Positions 17,940-31,723 of a stretch of DNA of 64,000 nucleotides are shown here, piece by piece. This stretch comes from an uncultured Acidobacteriaceae bacterium (GTDB lineage: Bacteria; Acidobacteriota; Terriglobia; Terriglobales; Acidobacteriaceae). The notes beneath the pieces are model-generated. The model was not told where the DNA came from and ran no database searches. It was given only the letters and a program-made list of their open reading frames with translations. The stretch's first letter is position 1, and the number at the start of each line of letters is the position of its first letter. The DNA lies in contig CAWENE010000005.1 of the NCBI GenBank assembly GCA_963810545.1, forward strand, positions 168,253-232,252. The letters run 5' to 3'. The translations under genes were made by a program, and so were the position numbers.

Positions 17940-20312
17940 TCAATCGACGATCTTGAATTCCGTCTCTGCGTCAGCCAGCGAGCTCCCTCCCACCCAAACG
18001 TCATAGGTCGTCGGCTCTACGGTGCGCTTCACTTCGACGTTGTAGAAACTCAACTCGTCAAATCCCAAGGGAAATGTCACGTGCTTTGTCTCACCCGGTG
18101 CGAGCTGCACGCGCGCAAAGCCCTTTAGCTCCCGCACGGGCTGTTCTACGCTGGCGACCGTGTTGCGAATATACATCTGGACTACTTCTGTTCCCGCGAC
18201 GCTGCCTGTGTTGGTTACGTCGACGCCAACCATCGTAACCGGCGAGCGATTCGCCAAAACCTCCTGCAATGGAACTTCCGCGCGGCTAAGCGTCGGCTTT
18301 GAATAGCTGAAGCGTGTGTAGCTCAATCCCCAGCCAAACGGAAACAGTGCGGAGTTCTGTTCATCCACATACCGCGACACGAATTTCTCCAGGGAATTTG
18401 TCGGCATGTGGGTCAAGTCGACGTGCGCGGGACGGCCAGTGGGAAGCTGCGCGTAGTAGAGCGGCTCCTGCCCGACAGCGCGCGGAAAACTCGACGGCAA
18501 TTTCCCCGAAGGATTCACATCGCCGAAGAGCACATCGGCAACTGCAGGACCAGCTTCAATGCCGGGGCTCCAAGCCTCGAGAATAGCCGGCACGTGCTCG
18601 GCTGCCCATTTCAACTCCAGCGGCCGTCCGGCAAGCACAACCAGAATCACCGGCTTTCCCGTCGCAACAACCGCCTTTAACAGCTTCTCCTGGTTGCCAG
18701 TAAAACCAAGATGTACGCGGCTGGCGGCCTCGCCTTCCATCCAGTTCGCCGGTTCTCCCAGCGCCAGAATGGCGACGTCCGCCTGCTTCGCAACCTCGAC
18801 TGCCTCGGCAATGCTCTTGTTGTCATCAGGCAGGGGCTGATTCTGCCCGCCCGCCACGGAGCCGCCGAACGTAACGCTCTCGAGCACCTTCGCATCCTCA
18901 CCGGCAAGCAGTCCGCAGCCGACGGAGTACGTAAGCCGATCCCCGAGCCGCTGACTCAGTTCCTGCTTCAACGTAATCACGTTCTTCGGATCGCCCGCCG
19001 ACCACGCGCCGAGCAGATCGCGTGCATCGTCAGCCAACGGTCCAATCAACGCGATCTTCCTCACCTTGGATGTGAACGGCAGGAGCGCACCAACGCCTTC
19101 GACCGGATCGTTCTTGAGCAAGACCATCGTCTCGTCGGCCACTTTGCGTGCCACAGCGCGGCGTTCCGGTGTCGCTTCATACGCCGGACTGTCGGCGGTA
19201 TAGGGATGATCGAAAAGCCCCACCGCAAACTTGACGCGAAGAATGCGGAGCACGGCTTCGTCGACGACGGTCTCGGGAATCTTGCCCGAGCGCACTTGCG
19301 AGGCGAGTGTGGTTCCGAAGAGATTGCCCTCCATATCCATGTCGAGCCCCGCCTCAAGCGCCTTGCGCGCCACGGTCGGGCCATCGCCGATGGAGTGGTT
19401 GATCAGCTCTGCCACCGCGCCCCAATCGGAGACGACGAAGCCATCGAAGCCCCACTCCCTGCGCAGAATCTGTGTCAAGGTAAGCGGGTCGGCCGTTGCA
19501 GGGACGCCATTAATGGAGTTGAAGGAACTCATCACCGTAGCAACGCCGGCCTCGACCGCAGCATGGTAAGGCGGCAAGTAGACTTGGCGCAGCGTCTGTT
19601 CACTCATGTCGGTTGCGTTGTAATCGCGGCCCGCAATGGCAGCGCCATAAGCGGCGAAATGCTTCACGCACGCGGCCACAGAATCGAGTTTCGTCAGATC
19701 GTCCTGCTGATAGCCCTTGACCCACGCACGCGCCATCGCGGAGCTGAGATAAGGATCCTCTCCATTGGACTCAATAATGCGGCCCCAGCGCGGATCGCGC
19801 GCAATGTCTACCATCGGAGAAAAGACCCAGTCGATGCCATCGGCGCGTGCTTCCACCGCGCCGGTATGTGCGACGGTCTCCGCTGCCCCAGGATCCCACG
19901 ACGCTGCCACAGCGAGCGGAATGGGAAACGTGGTGTGGTGACCGTGAATCACATCAAGCCCAAAAATAATGGGAATATGCAGGCGCGATTTTTCCATCGC
20001 GATGTGCTGGTAGTGGTTGGTCTTCTCTGCGCCGACAACGTTAAGCATCGACCCTACCTGGCCCTTGGCGACCAGATCGTCATAGGTCAGATTGGAGGCG
20101 GCGGGGCCGGTCGCAAATCCGGCCGAATACGCCACGAGCTGCCCGATCTTTTCGTCAAGCGTCATCTTCTTCAGGAGCGCCTCGGCACGTGCGTTTACAT
20201 CTTTGGCTGCAAGCTGCGGATTGGGAACCGGGCGTGACTGCGCGCCTGATGGAAGCGCCAGAATCAGCGGGCAAATGAGAAGACAAACCTTGCAACCAAG
20301 AGCGATTTTCAT
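17940..20312 (-). CDS. bglX: Periplasmic GH3 beta-glucosidase
   Basis: Signal peptide; DVIHG, RDPRWGR, GEDPYL, VKHFAAYG, VVSDW, PFGWGLSYT, Fn3-like C-terminus. Confidence 0.93.
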   Translation of the reverse strand: MKIALGCKVCLLICPLILALPSGAQSRPVPNPQLAAKDVNARAEALLKKMTLDEKIGQLVAYSAGFATGPAASNLTYDDLVAKGQVGSMLNVVGAEKTNHYQHIAMEKSRLHIPIIFGLDVIHGHHTTFPIPLAVAASWDPGAAETVAHTGAVEARADGIDWVFSPMVDIARDPRWGRIIESNGEDPYLSSAMARAWVKGYQQDDLTKLDSVAACVKHFAAYGAAIAGRDYNATDMSEQTLRQVYLPPYHAAVEAGVATVMSSFNSINGVPATADPLTLTQILRREWGFDGFVVSDWGAVAELINHSIGDGPTVARKALEAGLDMDMEGNLFGTTLASQVRSGKIPETVVDEAVLRILRVKFAVGLFDHPYTADSPAYEATPERRAVARKVADETMVLLKNDPVEGVGALLPFTSKVRKIALIGPLADDARDLLGAWSAGDPKNVITLKQELSQRLGDRLTYSVGCGLLAGEDAKVLESVTFGGSVAGGQNQPLPDDNKSIAEAVEVAKQADVAILALGEPANWMEGEAASRVHLGFTGNQEKLLKAVVATGKPVILVVLAGRPLELKWAAEHVPAILEAWSPGIEAGPAVADVLFGDVNPSGKLPSSFPRAVGQEPLYYAQLPTGRPAHVDLTHMPTNSLEKFVSRYVDEQNSALFPFGWGLSYTRFSYSKPTLSRAEVPLQEVLANRSPVTMVGVDVTNTGSVAGTEVVQMYIRNTVASVEQPVRELKGFARVQLAPGETKHVTFPLGFDELSFYNVEVKRTVEPTTYDVWVGGSSLADAETEFKIVD

Positions 20313-20417
20313 GACCCGGCTATCATAAACCGCTGGTGTTTCGCGCGTCAGGTCGATTCTGAGAGATAAACAGCCATGCCTGTCGCGGAAATCACGGCAA
20401 ATGCACTACTCTGACTT

Positions 20418-21305
20418 GTGATGCGCATGGCTCGTTGGATTCGCATGATCCGGAAAGCACTTTGGCTGGCGTTTGAGCACGACATGCTCAACACCGCCAA
20501 GGCAGCGGCGTATTCCGGCATGCTGATGTTGTTCCCCACCATGGTTGTCGTCACTACCTTGCTTGCATTCGTGCCCGAAGGAACGACGATGCTGGGACAG
20601 ATCCGCATGTCGTTTATGAACTTCGTTCCGGCCGATACATACGCGCTGCTGCTCTCCTCCATGCAGGCCCGGCGGTTTCAATCGGCGCAGCTGGTCTTTT
20701 CCGCGGCGATCCTCAGCGTTTTCGCAGGGCTCGGCATGATGCTGTCGCTGATGGAAGGCTTTCGTCGCGCCTATCGCCTTCCACGCACGGAATGGGGATT
20801 CTGGGAACGCCGCCTTCGGGCGCTTTTGCTGGTTCCCATGGTGCATGTTCCATTGGCGCTCGCCACTCTGCTCCTGGTCTTTGGTCATCAGATCGAACAT
20901 TGGATGGTGAACAATGCTGCACATGAGTTGCGGCACGCGGTCTTGTTCTTCTGGCGCATGGTGCGATGGGCAATTGCTCTGGTCACTAGCGTAACGGTGC
21001 TGGGAGCTCTCTATCATTTCGGCACCCGGCGCAAGGAACACTGGCTGCGTGTGATGCCCGGCGCGATTGCAGCCACTGTTGTGTGGTTCCCGGCCACATT
21101 GGCATTCGGCTGGTATGTGACTACCTTTGCGAGCTACTCCAGATTTTATGGCCCGTTTGGCGCAGGCATTGCCACGCTCGTATGGCTTTATCTCACTTCG
21201 TTCAGCGCGCTGCTCGGCGCGGAATTGAACGGCGTTCTTTTTCGAGGGCGCCTTGAGCGCGATACTCCTTTCGATCTATCCCAGAGATTCGCTTCGCGTC
21301 GATAA
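20418..21305 (+). CDS. YihY/virulence factor BrkB family membrane protein
   Basis: AAAYSGMLMLFP ... YSRFYG ... WLYLTS ... LLGAELN. Confidence 0.88.
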   Translation: MMRMARWIRMIRKALWLAFEHDMLNTAKAAAYSGMLMLFPTMVVVTTLLAFVPEGTTMLGQIRMSFMNFVPADTYALLLSSMQARRFQSAQLVFSAAILSVFAGLGMMLSLMEGFRRAYRLPRTEWGFWERRLRALLLVPMVHVPLALATLLLVFGHQIEHWMVNNAAHELRHAVLFFWRMVRWAIALVTSVTVLGALYHFGTRRKEHWLRVMPGAIAATVVWFPATLAFGWYVTTFASYSRFYGPFGAGIATLVWLYLTSFSALLGAELNGVLFRGRLERDTPFDLSQRFASRR

Positions 21306-21444
21306 ACATACGCATCTCCGCTTCATTCTTCAACAATCCGTCATCGACTAATCGAATTCTTCTGCTGCTGCGCCGTGTACAATAAAGCGATCTGTCCCCA
21401 ATTCACCCCCAACCCTCGCGTCAACCTATTCTGGAGTTATATTG

Positions 21445-23070
<1,626 letters not shown>

Positions 23071-23126
23071 CTGCGCGTGAGTGAAGAGGACCAGACCCTC
23101 TTCGAGATCTTTCTTCCAGTATCTTT

Positions 23127-23323
23127 CTAGTGTGGCTTGCCAATCTCGGGAACAGAAAGACCACGGCATATCTTGCGGGCCAACAAATCTGCGACCTCTG
23201 TGTGCCGCGGGACCGCCTCGTATGACCAGTCTTCGGGTTGCACCAAAGGGAGTGAGCGCCGCCTTCCCGCTTCAAATAACAGCCGTGAAGGCGGAGGTGG
23301 CGAAGAAGGGATTCGCGCTTCAC
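23127..23323 (-). pseudogene. hicA: HicA family toxin with a 1-bp frameshift near 23221
   Basis: VKRESLLRHLRLHGCYLKREGGAHSLW..KTGH, then in another frame EAVPRHTEVADLLARKICRGLSVP; GTG overlaps the hicB TGA. Confidence 0.8.
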
Positions 23324-23535
23324 TGAATGGTGACTGTATCGCGAAGGGCCTCGGGCGGCACCCCGCGCAATCCGTCTTCCCGACGATCGTCGAGAATCAA
23401 CCGGATGGCCGCAACTAGACTCTCTCGGCACTCTTCCACCGTGCGCCCTTGACCGTTCGCACCAGGAATCTCTGGCGACCATGCGACAAACCATTCACCG
23501 TCGCGCTCAATCACAGCTGTGAATTCGTTCCGCAT
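23320..23535 (-). CDS. hicB: HicB family antitoxin (short form)
   Basis: FTAVIERDGEWFVAWSPEIPGANGQGRTVEEC; TATACT 6 nt upstream of ATG. Confidence 0.88.
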   Translation of the reverse strand: MRNEFTAVIERDGEWFVAWSPEIPGANGQGRTVEECRESLVAAIRLILDDRREDGLRGVPPEALRDTVTIQ

Positions 23536-23565
23536 GGAACGAGTATAGCGCGAAACCAGGGTTCC

Positions 23566-26343
<2,778 letters not shown>

Positions 26344-26704
26344 CGGGGAACCTTTCTATCCGCAGAATAGCGGATGGATCTCAAATCACAAGTACGTGCT
26401 CCGGCCTGCCGCGAGGCTGTGAACACGCGGTCTCGAACGGCAGAATTCGGAAAAATGGACGTGAATAGACTACTCAGCGGGAAAGGCAGCGTCCACGGTC
26501 GGGGCGGCCGTGGCGAAAGCGCTTGAGCAATGGCATCGCCGGAATGGCCAAATGACTGCGCATGGCGGACAGCAAGATTTTAACGCGGAATTCGTACAAC
26601 TGAGAAACGAAAAAATCGCAGCCATCCTCATGCGTTCTGAGCGGAGCAGCGGCTACACTGGCTCCTGCAGCTGCTTCGATTCACACCGTTCCCCGGAGGT
26701 CTGC

Positions 26705-27811
26705 ATGATTGTGCGCGCCGCCCGCGTCATTGGCATCGTTCTTTTCTTCTTGTGCGCTCTCAGCTTCGGCCAGACGAATCCGGCGCCCGCCGCAGCGCCT
26801 GCGAGCAACTGGCCGGCGGTCGATGGCACGGTCGTACTGCCGGATTTTCGTTTTGGTACTGGCGAAACGCTGCCTGAATTGAAGCTGCACTACCTCACAT
26901 TGGGTACGCCGCATCGCAATGCTGCCGGGCATGTGGACAACGCCGTCCTGCTGCTGCACGGCACGGGCGGTAGTGCGCATTCGCTGCTGAATCCGCTATT
27001 TTCCGATGTGCTGTTCGTGCCGGGAGGTGTGCTCGACATTACCAAGTACTTCATCATCCTGCCGGACGACATTGGGCACGGTGAGAGTTCCAAGCCATCG
27101 GATGGGCTGCACGCGCACTTCCCTGCCTATGACTACGACGACATGGTGCGCAGCCAGCGCATGATGCTCGATGCGATGAAGGTCGATCATCTGCGCCTGA
27201 TTCTCGGTACATCGATGGGATGCATGCAGAGCTTTGTGTGGGGCGAGACTTACCCCGATTTCATGGACGCGCTTGCGCCTTTCGCGTGTCTGCCGGTACA
27301 GATCGCGGGCCGCAATCGCATGATGCGCTACATGTCGATTCAGGCGATCAAGCTCGATCCGGCGTGGATGGGCGGCGAGTACAAAACCGAGCCGACGGAG
27401 GGATTGCGACTGGCCAACACTCTGGTTCTCGTAATGGGATCGAGCCCGCTGCAGATGCAGAAGCAGGCGCCCACGCGCGCAGCGGCGGAGCAGTATGTCG
27501 ACCGGTTCTGGGCGCGGCCGAGCCCGGATGCGAACGACATGATTTTCTATCTCAACGCCAGCCGGAACTACGACCCGAGCCCGCACCTCGAGCAAATCAA
27601 AGCGCCAGTGCTCTGGATCAATTCCGCCGATGATTACATCAATCCGCCGGAACTGGGGATTGCCGAAAAGATGGTCAAGCGCATTCCGAATGCGAAGTTC
27701 ATTCTGGTTCCCGTCTCCGATCAGACGCGCGGGCATGGAACGCATACGGTGGCCGCGGTGTGGAAGGATTATCTTGCGGAGTTTATGCGGAAGACTGAGC
27801 CGAAGCAATAG
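26705..27811 (+). CDS. Secreted alpha/beta hydrolase (homoserine acetyltransferase-like)
   Basis: Signal peptide; LHGTGG, GHGESSKPSDG, GTSMG nucleophile, SADD, GHGTH. Confidence 0.85.
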   Translation: MIVRAARVIGIVLFFLCALSFGQTNPAPAAAPASNWPAVDGTVVLPDFRFGTGETLPELKLHYLTLGTPHRNAAGHVDNAVLLLHGTGGSAHSLLNPLFSDVLFVPGGVLDITKYFIILPDDIGHGESSKPSDGLHAHFPAYDYDDMVRSQRMMLDAMKVDHLRLILGTSMGCMQSFVWGETYPDFMDALAPFACLPVQIAGRNRMMRYMSIQAIKLDPAWMGGEYKTEPTEGLRLANTLVLVMGSSPLQMQKQAPTRAAAEQYVDRFWARPSPDANDMIFYLNASRNYDPSPHLEQIKAPVLWINSADDYINPPELGIAEKMVKRIPNAKFILVPVSDQTRGHGTHTVAAVWKDYLAEFMRKTEPKQ

Positions 27812-28041
27812 CGAACCGGGAACGCGATGTCGATTCCGGAATGACTAACTTCGCGATAACAGCTTTTCTGGAGCCTGCCGCGTTTTCGGGAAGTAATCCG
27901 GAAAACCGCACTTAATCCACTGTCAATGAGCGGGTTGGTCTGAATGCAACAGTTGACATTTGCAGCAGGGAAGATCGCTGCCCGAATTTTGGGTTACGAG
28001 CTCGAGCACACGAGTAGCGCCCGATGCCGGCGTCCTAAGAG

Positions 28042-28974
28042 TTAGTTTGGGTTGAAAATGATGAAGTGACCTGAGTGGCTAACATACACACGTTGAAAAA
28101 GTACCGTTGCCAATATCCCATCCTCCTCACGGTCTGGAACATCCTGCGACGCGCTGGCCGGGGTCACGAATGAAACGTTTCGAACCAAGCGGCTGCCAAG
28201 CTTGATGTTCTGGGGAGGAAGGACGGCGAAAGCCCTGCGCGCGTCGCTTACCTCGGGCCCCTTAAGCTTGGCTCGCTTGAGTAGCGGCTGTTCCAACTCC
28301 CGGTTGCCGGCATAAAGAACCGGGCCGTCGCTTCCGGAGTCGACTTGGAGCAGGATTGGCCGGGTTCCTGTGTCGGAGAGATTGACTGAAATCACCAGGC
28401 GCTGAGAAAACGGCATGTCAGTTTCGGGGTGTTTTGAATTCACCAGGGGAATTCGTTCGCCGCGAAGCGATTTTTCCATGACTTTGGCTTGGTCGAGACA
28501 GAGCAGCCCGCGTGGATAGTCAATGAGCACATCGAAATGCGCGAGGAAGTTCTCTCCAAGGACGCCGCGGATTCGAGGATCTGCCGCTTGGATCGGCCCC
28601 AGGTCCTGGACGACGCCCACAGGTCTCAACACCGCCCGCGAGCCCGCCTCCAGCGAATCCAATATCGCGACAGACGCCTGGGACCGGGCGGCCGTGGCGA
28701 CCAGGCGGACCGTACCTTCTGACTTCACATTAAGCTGGGCGGCGAGCGCGGGGTCAATCACGTTGAGCTGGCTACCGGTGTCAACCATAAAGTCAAATGG
28801 GCCGGACTGGTTGATCTTCACGGGAATCACGAGCAGGGCCCCGGCGACCAGTCGCGGTCTGAGGTTTGCGATGTTCCCGGGGCAATGCGCTTCTGCCTGG
28901 CTGGAAATGGGCGTGAAAGCAAATGCGGTGGCGAGAAGGAGAGAGAAGAAACTGCAGAGCGATGGGAATTTCAT
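28042..28974 (-). CDS. Secreted retropepsin-like aspartyl protease, two lobes
   Basis: Signal peptide; FMVDTGS ... GVLGENFL and LQVDSGS ... DGILA. Confidence 0.85.
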   Translation of the reverse strand: MKFPSLCSFFSLLLATAFAFTPISSQAEAHCPGNIANLRPRLVAGALLVIPVKINQSGPFDFMVDTGSQLNVIDPALAAQLNVKSEGTVRLVATAARSQASVAILDSLEAGSRAVLRPVGVVQDLGPIQAADPRIRGVLGENFLAHFDVLIDYPRGLLCLDQAKVMEKSLRGERIPLVNSKHPETDMPFSQRLVISVNLSDTGTRPILLQVDSGSDGPVLYAGNRELEQPLLKRAKLKGPEVSDARRAFAVLPPQNIKLGSRLVRNVSFVTPASASQDVPDREEDGILATVLFQRVYVSHSGHFIIFNPN

Positions 28975-29181
28975 GTCGGCCTCCGCTCGCTGGGTGCGAG
29001 CCGAAGGCGACATTGGCGGCTATATCTGGCTACCTCAATGGATTCGGGATAGAATCTGTGTCAATGAAATATGGAAAAGATGCTGATTTGCTAACTGCCG
29101 ACGATTGTTGAAGCTGAAAAGTAAGCGTGTGATGAGGGATCAACCGTAAGGTCAGCCTTGAACCGCAAGGAAGCTTCCCCA

Positions 29182-31299
29182 ATGGCTGAAACACAATCCC
29201 GACCCCGACTTGTTCGCTTCGGAGCGTTTGAAGCAGACGTGCAGACGGGCGAGTTGCGCAACAATGGCGTGAAGCTGAAGTTCAGCGGCCAACCCTTTCA
29301 GGTTCTCGCCATCCTGCTGGAGCGCCCTGGCGAAGTGATCACGCGAGAGGAGTTGCAAAAGCGTCTCTGGCCGGACACATTCGTCGATGTCGAGCGCAAC
29401 CTCAACACCGCCGTAAACAAGATCCGCGAAGTGCTGGGCGACTCCGCGGAGGGCCCGCGCTTTGTAGAAACACTGCCCCGTCGTGGCTATCGCTTTATCG
29501 GGAGGCTGGAACCGCCAGCTCAGTCTCGAGCTCCAGTCGAGCCCATTCTCCCGCAGAATCCTCGTCGGGAATTGTGGAAGATCGCCGCGGGCTTTCTCGC
29601 CATTCTGGTCCTTGGCTTTGCGGCCGTGATTGTCTATCGATCGCCTCGGCAGCAACATCCGCAGCAGCAGATCGCCTTGAATGCCGTTCCGTTCACGGCG
29701 TTGCGGGGAGAAGCAGCTTCCGCCGCGTTCTCCCCCGACGGCTCCCGCATCGCTTTCGCGTGGAAGCGTGATTCCGGAAACGGCGGCGAAGGCTTCGACC
29801 TCTATGTCAAGACCATCGGGAGCGAGACACTTCTTAGGCTCACTCGCCATCCGTCAGAATGGATTAGCGCCGCGTGGTCTCCGGATGGCACCGAGATCGC
29901 ATTCCACCGCATGTCCGGCCCTGACAGTGGGCTGTATATTGTCCCCGCGCTGGGCGGTCCCGAGAGAAAACTGCGGTCTACCCGAATACCCTGGGAAGAC
30001 TTTCCCACTATTAGCTGGTCGCCGGACGGCAGATCGATCGCATTCAGCGACTGGTTGCCGAGCGACACTAATACAGCCATCTATCTCATCTCCCCGGCAA
30101 CGGGGGACGCCGAGCGGATTCCGAGCAGATCAGAGTGCCTTGGGCAGGTTCAACCGGCCTTCTCTCACAACGGGGAACACCTCGCATACTGGTGTATTAC
30201 CGGAAAAGAAGCCATCCTCTATTCTCTGCCTCTTCAGGGTGGTAAGCCCAAAATGATTACGTTGTTTCAGGATTGGCCAACCGGGTTGACTTGGTCGGCC
30301 GATGACAAGGAACTGATTTTTTCTCTTTGGGGTGGATTCTCAGGCCAGGTCGTCGAAGTTACCTTCGCCGATGGTTCACTCAAGCCGCTTGGTTTTGGGG
30401 TAAGTGCTCAACTCCCCACGGTTTCGCCCCGGGGTGACAAACTTGCCTTCAACTCCTACTCCAGAAAGACGAGCATCTGGCGCAGGGACCTGGTTCATCC
30501 GGAATCTCCGCCCGTAGAACTCGTCCCTTCCTCGCAGCCACAGTGGGACGGTCAATACTCTCCGGATGGAAAGCGCATTGTGTTTGCATCGACACGCTCT
30601 GGCGTGCTGGGCGTTTGGATCAGCGATGAGGATGGCAGCGATCTGGTGCAAATCTCAAACCCTGCTCAACCGAGCGGAAGTCCGCAATGGTCGCCGGATG
30701 GAAACAAGATAGCGTTTGACTCCCTTGTCCAGGGTCGCTGGGAAATATATGTGGCCGACATACTCGAACGGAAGCCTCGAAAGCTGATCACAAATATCTC
30801 CAACTTCGTACGACCCCATTGGTCCCGCGATGGAAAGTGGATCTATTTCAGATCCGAAGAACCGGGCAGGATGGGAGTCTATCGTTGTCCCGCCTCCGGC
30901 GGAGACGCCGTTCTCCTATCCAAAGACATGGATGGGTATAATCCACAGGAGTCTCTGGATAGGAAGACGGTCTATTTTGCCAGCCACGAAGAGCAATCGA
31001 CACTGAAGAAAGTGGCTCTGCCGCCGCAGCCGAGTACGGAAGCAGAAGTGGAGGGATTGCCGCGCTTGAGCGACGCCGGCGTTTGGGCCCTCGCTCCCGG
31101 CGGTATCTATTTTGCTTCTGCCGACGCGCCCCAATCTCTCCGCTACTTTGATTTTGCCGGCAAGCGGATACGCGAAAGCTTTACACTGCACAGGGATCTC
31201 GAAAGCGGGCTGTCGGTCTCACCCGATGGCCGTTCGATCCTCTACGTGCAACGGGACGACGTGAGCGGCGACATCATGCTCGTCGATCACTTTCACTAG
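29182..31299 (+). CDS. Winged-helix (OmpR/CadC-type) transmembrane regulator with TolB/PD40 propeller
   Basis: VRFGAFE..GELR, ERPGEVITREEL, ETLPRRGYRF; TM helix; repeated WSPDG/FSPDG. Confidence 0.9.
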   Translation: MAETQSRPRLVRFGAFEADVQTGELRNNGVKLKFSGQPFQVLAILLERPGEVITREELQKRLWPDTFVDVERNLNTAVNKIREVLGDSAEGPRFVETLPRRGYRFIGRLEPPAQSRAPVEPILPQNPRRELWKIAAGFLAILVLGFAAVIVYRSPRQQHPQQQIALNAVPFTALRGEAASAAFSPDGSRIAFAWKRDSGNGGEGFDLYVKTIGSETLLRLTRHPSEWISAAWSPDGTEIAFHRMSGPDSGLYIVPALGGPERKLRSTRIPWEDFPTISWSPDGRSIAFSDWLPSDTNTAIYLISPATGDAERIPSRSECLGQVQPAFSHNGEHLAYWCITGKEAILYSLPLQGGKPKMITLFQDWPTGLTWSADDKELIFSLWGGFSGQVVEVTFADGSLKPLGFGVSAQLPTVSPRGDKLAFNSYSRKTSIWRRDLVHPESPPVELVPSSQPQWDGQYSPDGKRIVFASTRSGVLGVWISDEDGSDLVQISNPAQPSGSPQWSPDGNKIAFDSLVQGRWEIYVADILERKPRKLITNISNFVRPHWSRDGKWIYFRSEEPGRMGVYRCPASGGDAVLLSKDMDGYNPQESLDRKTVYFASHEEQSTLKKVALPPQPSTEAEVEGLPRLSDAGVWALAPGGIYFASADAPQSLRYFDFAGKRIRESFTLHRDLESGLSVSPDGRSILYVQRDDVSGDIMLVDHFH

Positions 31300-31548
31300 G
31301 ATCGGTTCGCAGTTCTGGAGTGTTGCAGGCGGCAGGGCATTGGCGTCGCGGTTAGATCGCGGGGAACTCAAGCTACGGCACCTTGCGAACCCCTCCTGCG
31401 GCCTCGGGGATCGTGGCGAATCTGAACTTGTGCAATATCGCCGAGTCGCTCACTGACGACGATCACTCCTGCAAAGTCGGCATCGTGCCAGGATTCAGGC
31501 GAGCACGGTAAATCTGCCTGCTGCTTGCGCACTTCTATGCCCGTATCG

Positions 31549-31683
31549 TGTCTCAGAAGTTCTCATTAGAAAGACCGAAAGGCAAGAAGCAGATTCTTCG
31601 ACTCACCACCCCCAAACTGAAAAACGTTTGGGGCCCCGTTCGCTCAGAATGACAATCCGATTTTGTTGAGAACTTCTGGGACA
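31549..31683. mobile_element. MITE/REP-like composite element with 17-bp inverted repeats
   Basis: tgtctcagaagttctca ... tgagaacttctgggaca (16/17 match); internal agattcttcg..cgctcagaatgaca and a cacccc..ggggcccc hairpin. Confidence 0.65.
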
Positions 31684-31723
31684 TTACACTAGAAGTGCAC
31701 GTCTTCGCGAGGTCACTCCACTA

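Noticed and set aside
18711-20237. Long antisense ORFs (also 38567-40279, 59753-60721, 53253-54359)
   Set aside because: Shadow frames of high-GC genes with no recognisable motifs
27820-27910. REP remnant (gattccggaatgac) and hairpin after the hydrolase gene
   Set aside because: Too short and degenerate to assign; may simply be a terminator
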